Below are positions 15,293 to 25,916 of a stretch of 64,000 bases of DNA, in pieces; position 1 is the stretch's first letter, and every line of letters starts with the position of its first letter. A model generated the notes under the pieces. It was given only the letters and a program-made list of their open reading frames with translations. It did no database searches and was not told the origin of the DNA. Both the position numbers and the translations under genes were made by a program. The stretch comes from a plasmid: sequence record NZ_CP106961.1; one strand, given 5' to 3'.

Positions 15293-15504
15293 AATAATGT
15301 TGTCTTTTTATATTAAACACCTTCAGACTAAAGGTGCTGAGGTCTCACCCAGGCACAGAAGTTAGGGCTTCTATGGGGTTCATCCACCAACTATTGCACC
15401 CTAATGCAGTTGGCTTCCCGCTCAAAAATAATATTACGCTAATATAAGTTAGTGTCAACCATGATGAATGGCTTGCGTAAAGAGGTTTAGTGCGCCTGCT
15501 CATG

Positions 15505-17184
15505 CTAACGCGGAGAAGGTGGCTTCCAGTCGTTACGTGGCTCATGTGAGATGTATGCCGGTGTATTCTGCTCCGCCTCTGCGTTACGGAAAAACGCTTC
15601 GCACTGCTCACGCATTCTGTCCACATCCGGTCGGCTGATACGGACCTGATCCTCTTCTCCCGCACGGTACACATTATACCAGCCCACCATCTCAGCAAGC
15701 GCCTGGTTAAACTGTATGTCATTCCCTTCCGGAGCAAAGCCCATCTTCGGGTCCCTGGCGAAAAGCACAGGGGATACCCGGTTTAGCTCACGCTGAAGGG
15801 ACGCAAAATCACTGCCGTTTCTGAACACCACCCGATCGCCGTAATCGGTACAGACGTGCTGCCCGGTATCAGTATCGCTGAACCGGATGCTGCCGTTTTT
15901 CTGTAAGGCAGGCTTAAGGCCTGGCATATTGTAGTACAGCGGTGCGCTTCCCGGTTCGCAAAGCACCACGCAACGCTGGTTGGACGTCGACTGCGTATTA
16001 TCATGACGACGATCCCGGTAATCCCATCCCCTCAGCTGCGATATCGCAGCCCTGTCACCTTTCAGCGCTTCCACTTCAACCCACTGCCGGTAAGACGGCG
16101 GATACCATTTCCCCTGCCCGATAAGCTCCAGTCGTTCCGCTTTCACACTCTCTTTCAGCGCAATGAGTGCCTGCATGCGCTGCAGCTCCGCAATGTGATA
16201 ATGCAGCTTCCGCACGAGAGGATCGCGTTGCTGTGCGCGGATACGTGCCTTACGCATCCTGCACTCGTCATGTATCGCCTGCCAGCGTTCCCGGTTGTGT
16301 AAGTCCGGACGCTGCCAGTTCGCGCGCCAGGCTGAATAGCGGGCCTTCAGATCGTCGCGCGCTGCAGCGCGTGCTTCGCGACGCTGACGACGCAGTTCAG
16401 GATCACGTTTCATGCCCGGGATATCGCGGTCGCTGACGGCAAGCTCAGGGTTATAACGGCTCACCGGCGCAACGCGTTCAAAAATATCTGACGGCACACG
16501 AACAAACGCACCGGCATGCGGCTCTGCACGTACAAGCGTCAGATCAGGATGGACATGGCTTGCTTTAACCGGCGTCTGGTCGTGGTTATATGCGTCCATA
16601 ACCACCAGGCCCTGCTTCTCACGCATCAACAGTAATCCCTGACGCGCCAGCAGTTCATGACCGCGCTCCCAGGTGAAATTCCCGCTGCTGATAAGCGCCT
16701 CTAAATCCTGACGGCAGTGTGATACCGCATAGCTCCACAGGCTTTCTTTGTCGGAGAAAATCTCACGTTTAAGCGCGCCCTGCGGACCCGAACCGGTGCG
16801 CAGTTTTGCCCATTCCCGATCGCTGACCGGGCGGGCTTTCAGTCCTCCGCCGGCAAAACGTTCCGCCGGAGGGACCTGGCGGAAAATGTCATGAGGAACA
16901 GGCTGCCACCCACCTTCATAGCTGTTCATGACCGCTTTCGTCAGGGCTGGCCAGACACGTTCAGCGCGTACGGGCGTACGCGTCTGATCGTAACCGTCAC
17001 AGATAACAAGGCAGTCATGCTGCTCTTTCAGGTACAGACCGGAATGTGCCAGAAGCGTATGAACAGCCTGCATGGTGCGTTGCGCCGGGTCCTGATAAAG
17101 TGCGATAAGTGGCGCGCGCAGACGGGAGACAGCGTACTCATTCAGCGTCTCCGTTTCGGTCATGCGTCCAGGGCGGGACAGCAT
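15505..17184 (-). CDS. Hypothetical 559-aa protein with internal tandem-repeat domains; the second repeat carries an HxD...HxH (HUH/relaxase-like) motif
   Basis: The repeats [23 protein letters not shown] (about residue 60) and [23 protein letters not shown] (about residue 200) align with each other. The product has an Arg/Glu-rich coiled-coil-like centre ([19 protein letters not shown]). An alternative start is the Met at 17163. Confidence 0.6.
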   Translation of the reverse strand: MLSRPGRMTETETLNEYAVSRLRAPLIALYQDPAQRTMQAVHTLLAHSGLYLKEQHDCLVICDGYDQTRTPVRAERVWPALTKAVMNSYEGGWQPVPHDIFRQVPPAERFAGGGLKARPVSDREWAKLRTGSGPQGALKREIFSDKESLWSYAVSHCRQDLEALISSGNFTWERGHELLARQGLLLMREKQGLVVMDAYNHDQTPVKASHVHPDLTLVRAEPHAGAFVRVPSDIFERVAPVSRYNPELAVSDRDIPGMKRDPELRRQRREARAAARDDLKARYSAWRANWQRPDLHNRERWQAIHDECRMRKARIRAQQRDPLVRKLHYHIAELQRMQALIALKESVKAERLELIGQGKWYPPSYRQWVEVEALKGDRAAISQLRGWDYRDRRHDNTQSTSNQRCVVLCEPGSAPLYYNMPGLKPALQKNGSIRFSDTDTGQHVCTDYGDRVVFRNGSDFASLQRELNRVSPVLFARDPKMGFAPEGNDIQFNQALAEMVGWYNVYRAGEEDQVRISRPDVDRMREQCEAFFRNAEAEQNTPAYISHEPRNDWKPPSPR

Positions 17185-17192
17185 GGTAACGG

Positions 17193-17842
<650 letters not shown>

Positions 17843-18069
17843 TATGGCACCTGTGTTGTTCTGAGGTGAGCATATCACCTCTGTTCAGGTGGCCAAATTC
17901 AGTAAACCACTTCAACCACAACAATGATTCTCCTCAAGCCATTTATCAAATCGTTCAGCTTCAATATCCAGCAACTGGTCTTTCACGCTTCCCATAACAC
18001 CTGCACCTCTCTGTGTGGTCCTCTAAATGAGAAATCCCGCCTGTTCACAGCTTTCCTTACGGCCTGCTG

Positions 18070-18390
18070 CTATAAAAGATCCATATACCATGCCGCTTCA
18101 TCAGGGCAGCTCAAATCGAGCTCAAACGCTCCTTCAGGAAGCGTACGGGATTTATAACCGCCGTCAGAATACTGAAAGGCCCACTCTTTCATATCCGGAG
18201 CATCGAGGCGGCTGGCCATTTCCTCGTATATCCCATTCTCCTCATCGAGAAGCACAAGAAGAGTTTCCCCCTGCGTATTTATCGTACGGTATAGCCATAC
18301 TTTCTGGCAGCCATAACCTGAAAGCATTTCCAGAATTGAAGAAGGTGAAACGCTGTTGCCCTGATTGATGTATGTCGTTGTGTTACTCAT
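18070..18390 (-). CDS. Hypothetical small acidic protein (106 aa)
   Basis: The product is MSNTTTYINQGNSVSPSSILEMLSGYGCQKVWLYRTINTQGETLLVLLDEENGIYEEMASRLDAPDMKEWAFQYSDGGYKSRTLPEGAFELDLSCPDEAAWYMDLL. The start is ATG 18390 with an AAGGAA site upstream. The gene is AT-rich. Confidence 0.45.
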   Translation of the reverse strand: MSNTTTYINQGNSVSPSSILEMLSGYGCQKVWLYRTINTQGETLLVLLDEENGIYEEMASRLDAPDMKEWAFQYSDGGYKSRTLPEGAFELDLSCPDEAAWYMDLL

Positions 18391-19202
18391 AATTGATTTC
18401 CTTATCGTAAGCTTTCTACTAATTACTGTATTTATCATCATCTGCGTAACATTCCATTGTCCGCCTAAAATGATTAGCAAGATAACAGTACCATCCCGCA
18501 ATTACCGGATGCACCAATCCCGAAATTCCGAAAAATCGATAATAGCAGGGTTTCCGGAAGCGAGAAGGAAAGCTGTATCAGTACAGCCCCGACAGGCGGG
18601 TCAGGAATTGGGAGGGAGGAGTGTTACTAACTTATTATAATATAGCACATATTTAATCTTTTTTTCAAAAATATGCGCAGAAAATCGCCGTGATCCGGGA
18701 CTGCCTTTTTTCGGATCCCGGATGACAAAACGCATGATATTTCCTGTAAATGCAATTATTCATAACATTTATATTCATATATGTTAAAAGTGCGAAATTA
18801 GCATCAGTTGTTGGTTATTATTAAGATTTCAGCAACAAACCGTATCCCACCCGCTTCGTTAAAAAAACCGAAGGTCATCAGAAGCGCTCACTGATCGTTC
18901 CGGGCTGAGACGGTGGCAGCGTCACGGGTAATGTCTCTATTTTATTGGTCGTGAGGAAGGCCGGATAATGGCCAAACTAAGAAGCCATAGCATTGGGGGC
19001 AGCCTGCTGATCTGGTATGATCGAGCAGAGGCTCATCTCAATGAGCAATCCCCGCAACAAATTTTTTCGGGGTGCAACAGACCCTTTAGTGTCCAGGCCT
19101 GAAAAAAAAGAAAGCACGGTCTCTGAGAGACTACGGTCCTTACGCAACCATACCGGTTAGCGAGCTTTATATTTTCATTATGACTATCTGTATAACAGGG
19201 GA

Positions 19203-20117
19203 ATGAATGTGATTAAAAAAATATGCGAAGTGATTGATGGAGAGTATGTCTGTGACATTGATATCAGTGTGGAAGAATGGAAAACTTTATTAACAAATGA
19301 TAAAGTTTTTGACACAAAAAGTATTGCAGCGTTAAAAAAATGGTTTATTGAGCCAAATCATTCCTGCACATGCTTCGATATTGGTAAGAAGTACGACCTG
19401 CACAGCATGAGTGCTAATGGAGTCATAAACGGACTGGGTGGCAGAGTTCAAAAAGAACTTGGTAGATTCGAGGTTAAAGGTGTCGGAAATATCGCATCCG
19501 GTACAAAATTCATTACCGTAATGAAGAGTAAAGAAATCGGCGGAAAACCCAAAAGAAACTTATGGACAATTCGTGAGGAACTTGTTCAGGCAATTAACGA
19601 ACTGGATTTTTTTGGTACAACAGAAATGGCCAGCAGTGAGTATTACTCTGACGATGAGTTGATCAATGCCATAGAGAAAAGTAATATCTTTGACAACGTT
19701 CAGACGTTTGAATATACAGGGGAAGCCAAACCAAAGAAAAATGCAATAGAAGTAAAAAATGGCCTCTCGTATCCCAGGAGTAAAGGCGTATCCCAAAATG
19801 CGCTGAATAAAGCAGGTTACAGATGTGAAGTCGATAGTGACCACCCAACATTCAGAAGGCGAAATTCATCCTTAAATTACACAGAACCTCATCACATTGT
19901 ACCTATGTCCAGGCAAGATGCTTTTGACACATCTCTTGATGTTGAAGAAAATATCATATCTCTGTGTTGCAATTGCCATAAACAAATTCACCTTGGTCAG
20001 GGTTATGAAGATATGCTGAAAGAAATATACACTGCGCGAAAAAGGTTATTAAAAAAAGTTGGTATTGATATATCACTGGAAAACTTGATTCTTTATTACA
20101 AAATGGAAAGTAAGTGA
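19203..20117 (+). CDS. HNH-nuclease-domain protein (McrA-like C-terminal HNH; N-terminal domain unassigned), 304 aa
   Basis: The C-terminus YRCEVDSDHPTFRRRNSSLNYTEPHHIVPMSRQDAFDTSLDVEENIISLCCNCHKQIHLG shares the McrA-like HNH spacing (EPHH, N, LC.NCH..IH). The first 200 residues show no motif I recognise. The gene is very AT-rich compared with its flanks and has an AGGGGA ribosome-binding site. Confidence 0.7.
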   Translation: MNVIKKICEVIDGEYVCDIDISVEEWKTLLTNDKVFDTKSIAALKKWFIEPNHSCTCFDIGKKYDLHSMSANGVINGLGGRVQKELGRFEVKGVGNIASGTKFITVMKSKEIGGKPKRNLWTIREELVQAINELDFFGTTEMASSEYYSDDELINAIEKSNIFDNVQTFEYTGEAKPKKNAIEVKNGLSYPRSKGVSQNALNKAGYRCEVDSDHPTFRRRNSSLNYTEPHHIVPMSRQDAFDTSLDVEENIISLCCNCHKQIHLGQGYEDMLKEIYTARKRLLKKVGIDISLENLILYYKMESK

Positions 20118-20424
20118 GATTCAAACGAGAGTGATACCTTCGTTTTATTGGTCGGGATGAACAGCAGATGATGTTTCCGGCAAGTATCGGGTCCAGAAAC
20201 TTTCTGTTAAAAAAGAGGTAAAAGTAGTCTTGAGCCCTGACTGCGAATTGCCATTGCGCATGACCAGAGAACAGGACGAACCCCTGCCAAACCCAGGCAT
20301 GAGAAACACCTTTAAAACATAGACTTAATTAAAATCAGCAATTCCCATCGAAATAATAAGCAAGCAGAATTGGCTCAGGTGAATTTCACTCGGTGCAGTG
20401 CATGCGTTGGGGGGGGTAAAAGGA

Positions 20425-20448
20425 AAAACCCGAAATGAATCGGGTTTT
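20425..20448. terminator. Bidirectional terminator hairpin between the HNH gene and the DUF305 gene
   Basis: AAAACCCGaaatgaatCGGGTTTT is flanked by A- and T-tracts. A second hairpin, GTTCCCGtgcCCGGGAAC, lies at 20469-20488. Confidence 0.5.
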
Positions 20449-20524
20449 GATTAATTAACGATTAACAGGTTCCCGTGCCCGGGAACACTCTGACTGTACG
20501 CGCAATATATTATTTCCGCAATCA

Positions 20525-20875
20525 TTATTTTTGATTACCAAGCCATTTATTCATCTGCTCAATTTCACCTTTTTGAGCTTTAATGATGTCCTGCGCGAGC
20601 TTTCTCATTTCCGGATCTTTTCCGTATTTTAGCTCGGTCTCAGCCATTGCTATTGCCCCTTCATGGTGTGCTACCATGCCTTTCGCAAAAGCCTTGTCGG
20701 GATCGGACTCTTTTACAGCGGCCATCATTTTGTCATGCATACCTTTCATGCCGGACATATATTCCTGTGACGATGCCGATGAGGATATATCTGACATTTT
20801 CATTTCTGAATGTTCTGCGGAAATCGCTGGCAGGGAAAACATCAGTATAACAAAAAGCGAATTTGTGATTTTCAT
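20525..20875 (-). CDS. DUF305-family periplasmic (metal-binding) protein
   Basis: The 116-aa product has a signal peptide and paired MxxHHxxAIxMA / HHEGAIAMAE motifs typical of DUF305 copper-associated proteins. Confidence 0.75.
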   Translation of the reverse strand: MKITNSLFVILMFSLPAISAEHSEMKMSDISSSASSQEYMSGMKGMHDKMMAAVKESDPDKAFAKGMVAHHEGAIAMAETELKYGKDPEMRKLAQDIIKAQKGEIEQMNKWLGNQK

Positions 20876-21020
20876 ATAATAAACCCTTTCAGATGGTTAC
20901 CGGATAAGTTTAGCTGAGTCAGACAAAAAAGCCCCCTGAAGGGGGCAAAAAATAACAACATATCCGTATAAGGGACAATCTATCAAGGAAAGGGTAACCG
21001 CACGGAAACTTCAGTTGTCA

Positions 21021-21452
21021 TCAGCCCGCATTGATCATGCGGCGGTGTGCATCAGCCATAGCCTGATGGGGGCCGGACTGACCGTTATTCGTAAATTCAT
21101 GGGCAACAGCTGCTCTTTCATGTTCATTCATCGCCGCAAACGAAGTCGCCGGACGGGAAGCGTTAACGGTGCCAGTTCCCATCATCTTCTGATGACTTTC
21201 CGCCATTTTTTTATGTGCATCTGCTGAACCATTGTTCATGGTTTCATGAACAATAATAGCCTGTTCATGCTGATCCATACCGGCCATCCGTGGAGCTGCC
21301 CCCTGGATGGCGGCTGGAGTTGAAGAAGACTGCATCTGATGGGCCGGAGCCTGAGCATTATTGACACGCTCATGGATATTTACAGTTTCAGTGGCCCAGG
21401 CCGTAGAAATTAAGCTCAAACCTAACACTGATGCTAAGACGATATTTTTCAT
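21021..21452 (-). CDS. silE: Periplasmic silver-binding protein SilE
   Basis: The product MKNIVLASVLGLSLISTAWATETVNIHERVNNAQAPAHQMQ...MNEHERAAVAHEF... shows the SilE/PcoE repeat pattern. The ORF-track entry is over-extended at its 5' end. Confidence 0.9.
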   Translation of the reverse strand: MKNIVLASVLGLSLISTAWATETVNIHERVNNAQAPAHQMQSSSTPAAIQGAAPRMAGMDQHEQAIIVHETMNNGSADAHKKMAESHQKMMGTGTVNASRPATSFAAMNEHERAAVAHEFTNNGQSGPHQAMADAHRRMINAG

Positions 21453-21666
21453 GGTAACTCTCCATTTCTGAATTAGTGATGTCCGTGAATTTCGATCTGT
21501 GTCCTCAGTAGTACAACTGACAACTCTACAGACCTTATTCCGCCGGGATGAGGCTTTAATACAACTCCTGGCTTGTGCTGATGCCGTGTATGGATGAAGT
21601 AATAATGCCTTCCTGATAAGTTGCACTAATTATATCGAATGGCTTCTGTTTGCTGCATGACAGGCT

Positions 21667-21684
21667 AATGACATCTTTGTCATT
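21667..21684. promoter_or_regulatory. Putative SilR/CusR-box upstream of silE
   Basis: AATGACATCTTTGTCATT is a palindromic TGACA-N-TGTCA core like the CusR box. It lies between the silS stop and the silE start. Confidence 0.5.
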
Positions 21685-21697
21685 TAAATCTTTATTC

Positions 21698-23173
21698 TCA
21701 GTACTGGGTTTCCGGAATCATTTTCTCCAGTCTGGGCACGGATAGGATAAAACGAGTTGAACGTACGTCCGATTCCACCTGCACTCTTCCGTGATGTGCT
21801 TCCACGATGGACTTCACAATCGCAAGGCCGATGCCGCTGCCTTCTCCTTTTCGTTGTCTGGACGGATCTACCCGATAAAAACGGTCAAACAGCCTTGATA
21901 AATGCTCTTCAGGGATTGGTTTCCCCGGATTTTCAATCACAAGGTCAAAAAAGCTCTCCTGCTCTCTTATTGAGACGGTGATTGCCTGTCCCTCCGGGGT
22001 ATAACGCAGGGCATTGGATAACAGATTATTGATCGCCCTTCTGAACATTTGTGGATCTCCCTCAACCAGGCAGGGCATCCCGTTAAATTTGAGCGTGATA
22101 TTGCGTTCTTCGGCCCAGGCTTCGAAAAACTCGAAGACTTTCATGACTTCCGCTCTGAGGTCAAACATGACCCTGTCAGGTATCAGCTGATTATTATCTG
22201 CCTGTGCCAGGAACAGCATATCGCTGACCATTTTGGTCATCCGGTTATACTCTTCAAGACTGGAATAGAGGACATCCTCAAGTTCCCTCTGGGTTCGATC
22301 CTGACTCAGTGCGATTTCAGTCTGCGTCACCAGATTGGTGATGGGCGTTCTGATCTCATGCGCGATATCGGCAGAGAAATTGGCCTGGCGGGTAAAGACA
22401 TCCTCAATCTTTCCAATCATATGATTGAACGAGATAACCAGTTGCTCCAGCTCAATGGGAACGCGTGTCGGTTCCAGTCGCGCATCAAGATTCTCGGAGG
22501 TGATGTTTTTAATGGCATTGCTGACATTACGAAGGGGCAGGTGCCCCTGACGGACAGCGATTCGAATGATCAGAACAATCAACAGGCTTATCACGACGGC
22601 AATCGCAATCAGGTTCTTTTTCAGCGCATCGAGGTAATGGAGATGGAAATTAATGGATAGGCCAGTCAGCATGACATAGTTCTGCTGTTTGCCCTGAAAT
22701 ATCGCCTGACCAGAGGAGGCGATAATCCTGTATGTTTCCATCTTCATTTCGGACCCGGTATCCATCGGTCCCGCAGGATCCTCCACCGTCCAGAGAAAGA
22801 CATCCCGTGCGCGGCTGTGCTCGCTAAAATCTGCTGAATTCACTGCCGGGCGTAGTGCCGCCCCCTGAGCTGAGCTAAAGAGCACTTCACCCCTGGGATT
22901 GAGGAGCAAAAGGGCAACGTTGCGGTAGCTGGCAATTGATTCCTTTATTTTGCTTATTTTTTTATCATCCGGATCCACCGGGGACTGCAGTATACGGTTC
23001 AGTGTGGTGCTGATTTGTTGAAGATCGCTGACATCCTGCTCGGCAAAATGATTTTCAACAGAATGCAGCATAAACCAGGTGAAGGCGATAAAAGCCAGTA
23101 TCGTGGACAGGCTGATAAAAAAGGTCAGCCGCAGAGCGAGTGAGAAAGGGCGTCTGGAAGGTTTGCTATGCAT
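21698..23173 (-). CDS. silS: Sensor histidine kinase SilS (CusS-like)
   Basis: The product has two transmembrane segments and a periplasmic loop, the HisKA H-box ([10 protein letters not shown]) and an ATPase domain ([11 protein letters not shown]...[13 protein letters not shown]). Confidence 0.9.
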   Translation of the reverse strand: MHSKPSRRPFSLALRLTFFISLSTILAFIAFTWFMLHSVENHFAEQDVSDLQQISTTLNRILQSPVDPDDKKISKIKESIASYRNVALLLLNPRGEVLFSSAQGAALRPAVNSADFSEHSRARDVFLWTVEDPAGPMDTGSEMKMETYRIIASSGQAIFQGKQQNYVMLTGLSINFHLHYLDALKKNLIAIAVVISLLIVLIIRIAVRQGHLPLRNVSNAIKNITSENLDARLEPTRVPIELEQLVISFNHMIGKIEDVFTRQANFSADIAHEIRTPITNLVTQTEIALSQDRTQRELEDVLYSSLEEYNRMTKMVSDMLFLAQADNNQLIPDRVMFDLRAEVMKVFEFFEAWAEERNITLKFNGMPCLVEGDPQMFRRAINNLLSNALRYTPEGQAITVSIREQESFFDLVIENPGKPIPEEHLSRLFDRFYRVDPSRQRKGEGSGIGLAIVKSIVEAHHGRVQVESDVRSTRFILSVPRLEKMIPETQY

Positions 23174-23846
23174 CCGGGACCTCCAGCATGTAGCCCACGC
23201 CCCGGACTGTCTGGATCAGCTTTGTCTCGTAATCGTTGTCTATTTTAGCGCGGAGTCGCTTTACTGCGACATCGATCGCATTAGTGTCGCTGTCAAAATT
23301 CATGTCCCAGACCTGAGAGGCAATCAGGGAGCGGGGAAGAACCTCTCCCTGATGGCGAATGAAAAATTCCAGCAGGCTGAACTCTTTACTGGTGAGCACA
23401 ATGCGGTTTCCGGCGCGACTGACTTTTCTGGATACGAGATCAATCGAGAGGTCAGCCACCTTAAACTGGCTTTCCGTGATCATCGTGTTTCCCCGCCTCA
23501 GAAGGGTTCTCACCCGGGCGAGCAGTTCGGCAAACGCAAAGGGTTTAACCAGATAATCGTCCGCACCCAGTTCCAGTCCTTTGACCCTATGTTCGATCGT
23601 GCCGAGGGCTGTCAGCAGTAAGACCGGCATACCCTTTCCGGCAGTGCGCAGCATGCGGATGATATCCCAGCCGTTCACATCAGGTAGCATGATATCCAGA
23701 ATGACTAAATCATACTCGGCTGTCATGGCGAGATGATATCCGGTAAGACCATTATCAGCGTGATCCACTACGAACCCTGCCTCTGTAAGCCCTTTGCTGA
23801 GATATTCACCTGTTTTAATTTCGTCTTCGACGATCAATATTTTCAT
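23166..23846 (-). CDS. silR: Response regulator SilR (OmpR family, CusR-like)
   Basis: The N-terminus [20 protein letters not shown]...[17 protein letters not shown] is a receiver domain, and the C-terminus is a winged helix. The gene overlaps silS by 8 nt. Confidence 0.92.
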   Translation of the reverse strand: MKILIVEDEIKTGEYLSKGLTEAGFVVDHADNGLTGYHLAMTAEYDLVILDIMLPDVNGWDIIRMLRTAGKGMPVLLLTALGTIEHRVKGLELGADDYLVKPFAFAELLARVRTLLRRGNTMITESQFKVADLSIDLVSRKVSRAGNRIVLTSKEFSLLEFFIRHQGEVLPRSLIASQVWDMNFDSDTNAIDVAVKRLRAKIDNDYETKLIQTVRGVGYMLEVPDA

Positions 23847-23913
23847 CTTGCTCCCCGGCTGGCTGCTAATGTCATTCTATTGCGCCCACGATCGTTATCA
23901 ACGGATTACAGCA

Positions 23914-23934
23914 AAAATGACAACATTGTCATTA
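23914..23934. promoter_or_regulatory. CusR/SilR box in the silR-silC divergent intergenic region
   Basis: AAAATGACAACATTGTCATTA fits the canonical copper-box consensus AAAATGACAAnnTTGTCATttt. Confidence 0.6.
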
Positions 23935-24035
23935 TCCTGTCACTCGGCAAACAGAGAGCGTTAGGTAAAGTACCCCTATCAATACTCTGGACTTCATTTG
24001 AACCATTTACCAGGTCTGCCTGGACGAGAAGCGTT

Positions 24036-25421
24036 ATGTTCAAATTAAAATTACTCAGCATTAGCACGATATTCATCCTGGCAGGCTGCGTGTCGCTTGC
24101 GCCTGAATATCAGCGGCCCGCAGCACCGGTACCCCAGCAGTTTTCACTGTCCCATAACAGCCTGACGCCAGCGGTAAATGGCTATCAGGATACGGGCTGG
24201 CGTAACTTTTTTGTCGATCCCCAGGTTACCCGGTTGATCGGTGAAGCTCTGACTAATAACCGTGATTTGAGAATGGCTGCCCTGAAGGTTGAAGAGGCCC
24301 GAGCCCAGTTCAACGTCACGGATGCAGATCGTTATCCCCAGCTGAATGCCTCATCCGGGATAACATACAGCGGTGGTCTGAAAGGTGACAAGCCGACCAC
24401 ACAGGAGTACGACGCGAGACTGGAGCTCAGCTATGAGCTCGATTTTTTCGGCAAACTTAAGAACATGAGTGATGCTGACCGCCAGAACTACTTTGCCAGC
24501 GAAGAAGCCCGTCGGGCCGTACACATCCTGCTGGTCTCCAACGTTTCACAGAGCTATTTCAGCCAGCAACTGGCGTACGAACAACTCCGTATTGCGCGGG
24601 AAACGCTGAAAAATTATGAACAGTCCTATGCTTTCGTTGAGCAACAGCTCGTGACCGGGAGTACGAACGTTCTGGCACTTGAACAGGCGAGAGGACAAAT
24701 CGAAAGTACCCGCGCCGAAATAGCCAAACGAGAAGGCGATCTGGCTCAGGCAAACAATGCCCTGCAACTGGTGCTGGGAACGTACCGCGCACTTCCGTCA
24801 GAAAAAGGGATGAAAGGCGGGGAGATCGCACCAGTAAAATTGCCACCAAATCTATCTTCACAAATTTTGCTGCAGCGACCGGATATTATGGAAGCGGAAT
24901 ATCAGCTGAAAGCGGCTGATGCCAATATTGGCGCAGCGCGAGCGGCCTTTTTCCCCTCCATTACCCTGACCAGTGGTCTTTCCGCAAGCAGTACGGAGCT
25001 GTCCAGCCTGTTTACGTCAGGAAGTGGAATGTGGAATTTTATCCCTAAAATTGAAATTCCTATTTTTAATGCTGGCAGGAATAAAGCCAATCTGAAGCTG
25101 GCTGAAATTCGCCAGCAACAATCGGTGGTTAATTACGAACAAAAAATTCAGTCAGCCTTTAAGGATGTTTCCGACACGCTTGCGCTGCGCGACAGCCTTA
25201 GCCAGCAACTTGAGTCACAGCAGCGTTATCTTGATTCACTTCAGATAACTCTCCAGCGTGCCAGAGGATTATATGCAAGTGGTGCTGTCAGTTACATCGA
25301 AGTGCTGGATGCAGAACGTTCCCTCTTCGCTACGCAGCAAACCATTCTCGATCTTACCTATTCCCGACAGGTTAACGAAATTAATCTGTTTACCGCGCTG
25401 GGTGGCGGTTGGGTAGAGTAA
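24036..25421 (+). CDS. silC: Outer-membrane efflux channel SilC (CusC-like, lipoprotein)
   Basis: MFKLKLLSISTIFILAGC... has a lipobox, and the protein is of the OMF family. The ORF-track start at 23733 is a 5' over-extension. Confidence 0.9.
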   Translation: MFKLKLLSISTIFILAGCVSLAPEYQRPAAPVPQQFSLSHNSLTPAVNGYQDTGWRNFFVDPQVTRLIGEALTNNRDLRMAALKVEEARAQFNVTDADRYPQLNASSGITYSGGLKGDKPTTQEYDARLELSYELDFFGKLKNMSDADRQNYFASEEARRAVHILLVSNVSQSYFSQQLAYEQLRIARETLKNYEQSYAFVEQQLVTGSTNVLALEQARGQIESTRAEIAKREGDLAQANNALQLVLGTYRALPSEKGMKGGEIAPVKLPPNLSSQILLQRPDIMEAEYQLKAADANIGAARAAFFPSITLTSGLSASSTELSSLFTSGSGMWNFIPKIEIPIFNAGRNKANLKLAEIRQQQSVVNYEQKIQSAFKDVSDTLALRDSLSQQLESQQRYLDSLQITLQRARGLYASGAVSYIEVLDAERSLFATQQTILDLTYSRQVNEINLFTALGGGWVE

Positions 25422-25449
25422 ATTTATTTAATTAATCAGGAAATTAAAA

Positions 25450-25803
25450 ATGCGTAATTCACTTAAAGCCGTTTTATTTGGTGCCTTCTCTGTCATGTTT
25501 TCTGCCGGTCTTCATGCTGAAACACATCAGCATGGCGATATGAATGCTGCCAGTGATGCTTCGGTACAGCAGGTTATCAAGGGCACCGGTGTCGTTAAAG
25601 ACATTGATATGAATAGTAAAAAGATTACCATTTCGCACGAAGCAATCCCTGCTGTGGGCTGGCCTGCAATGACCATGCGCTTCACTTTTGTTAATGCAGA
25701 CGACGCTATCAATGCCCTGAAAACCGGCAACCATGTCGATTTCTCGTTTATTCAGCAGGGCAATATCTCCTTACTCAAAAGCATTAACGTTACGCAATCC
25801 TGA
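25450..25803 (+). CDS. silF: Periplasmic metallochaperone SilF (CusF-like)
   Basis: The 117-aa product has a signal peptide and a CusF-like H...M..M..W motif (ISHEAIPAVGWPAMTMRF). Confidence 0.9.
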   Translation: MRNSLKAVLFGAFSVMFSAGLHAETHQHGDMNAASDASVQQVIKGTGVVKDIDMNSKKITISHEAIPAVGWPAMTMRFTFVNADDAINALKTGNHVDFSFIQQGNISLLKSINVTQS

Positions 25804-25916
25804 TTATCAGTCCGGAGCGAATACATCCAGTGCGCCTGAACATTCATTAAGGGATTACTGTGAATGAATGATCGGGCGCATATGCCAGGTGTTTTGATTT
25901 TTCAGCGAGAAATTGT

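Noticed and set aside
18365-18640. 91-aa ORF with an extremely hydrophobic N-terminus (MMYVVVLLIIDFLIVSFLLITVFIIICVTF)
   Set aside because: It overlaps the start of the better-supported minus-strand 106-aa gene and is a translation of an AT-rich stretch. It has no ribosome-binding site. I kept it only as a remote toxin-like possibility.
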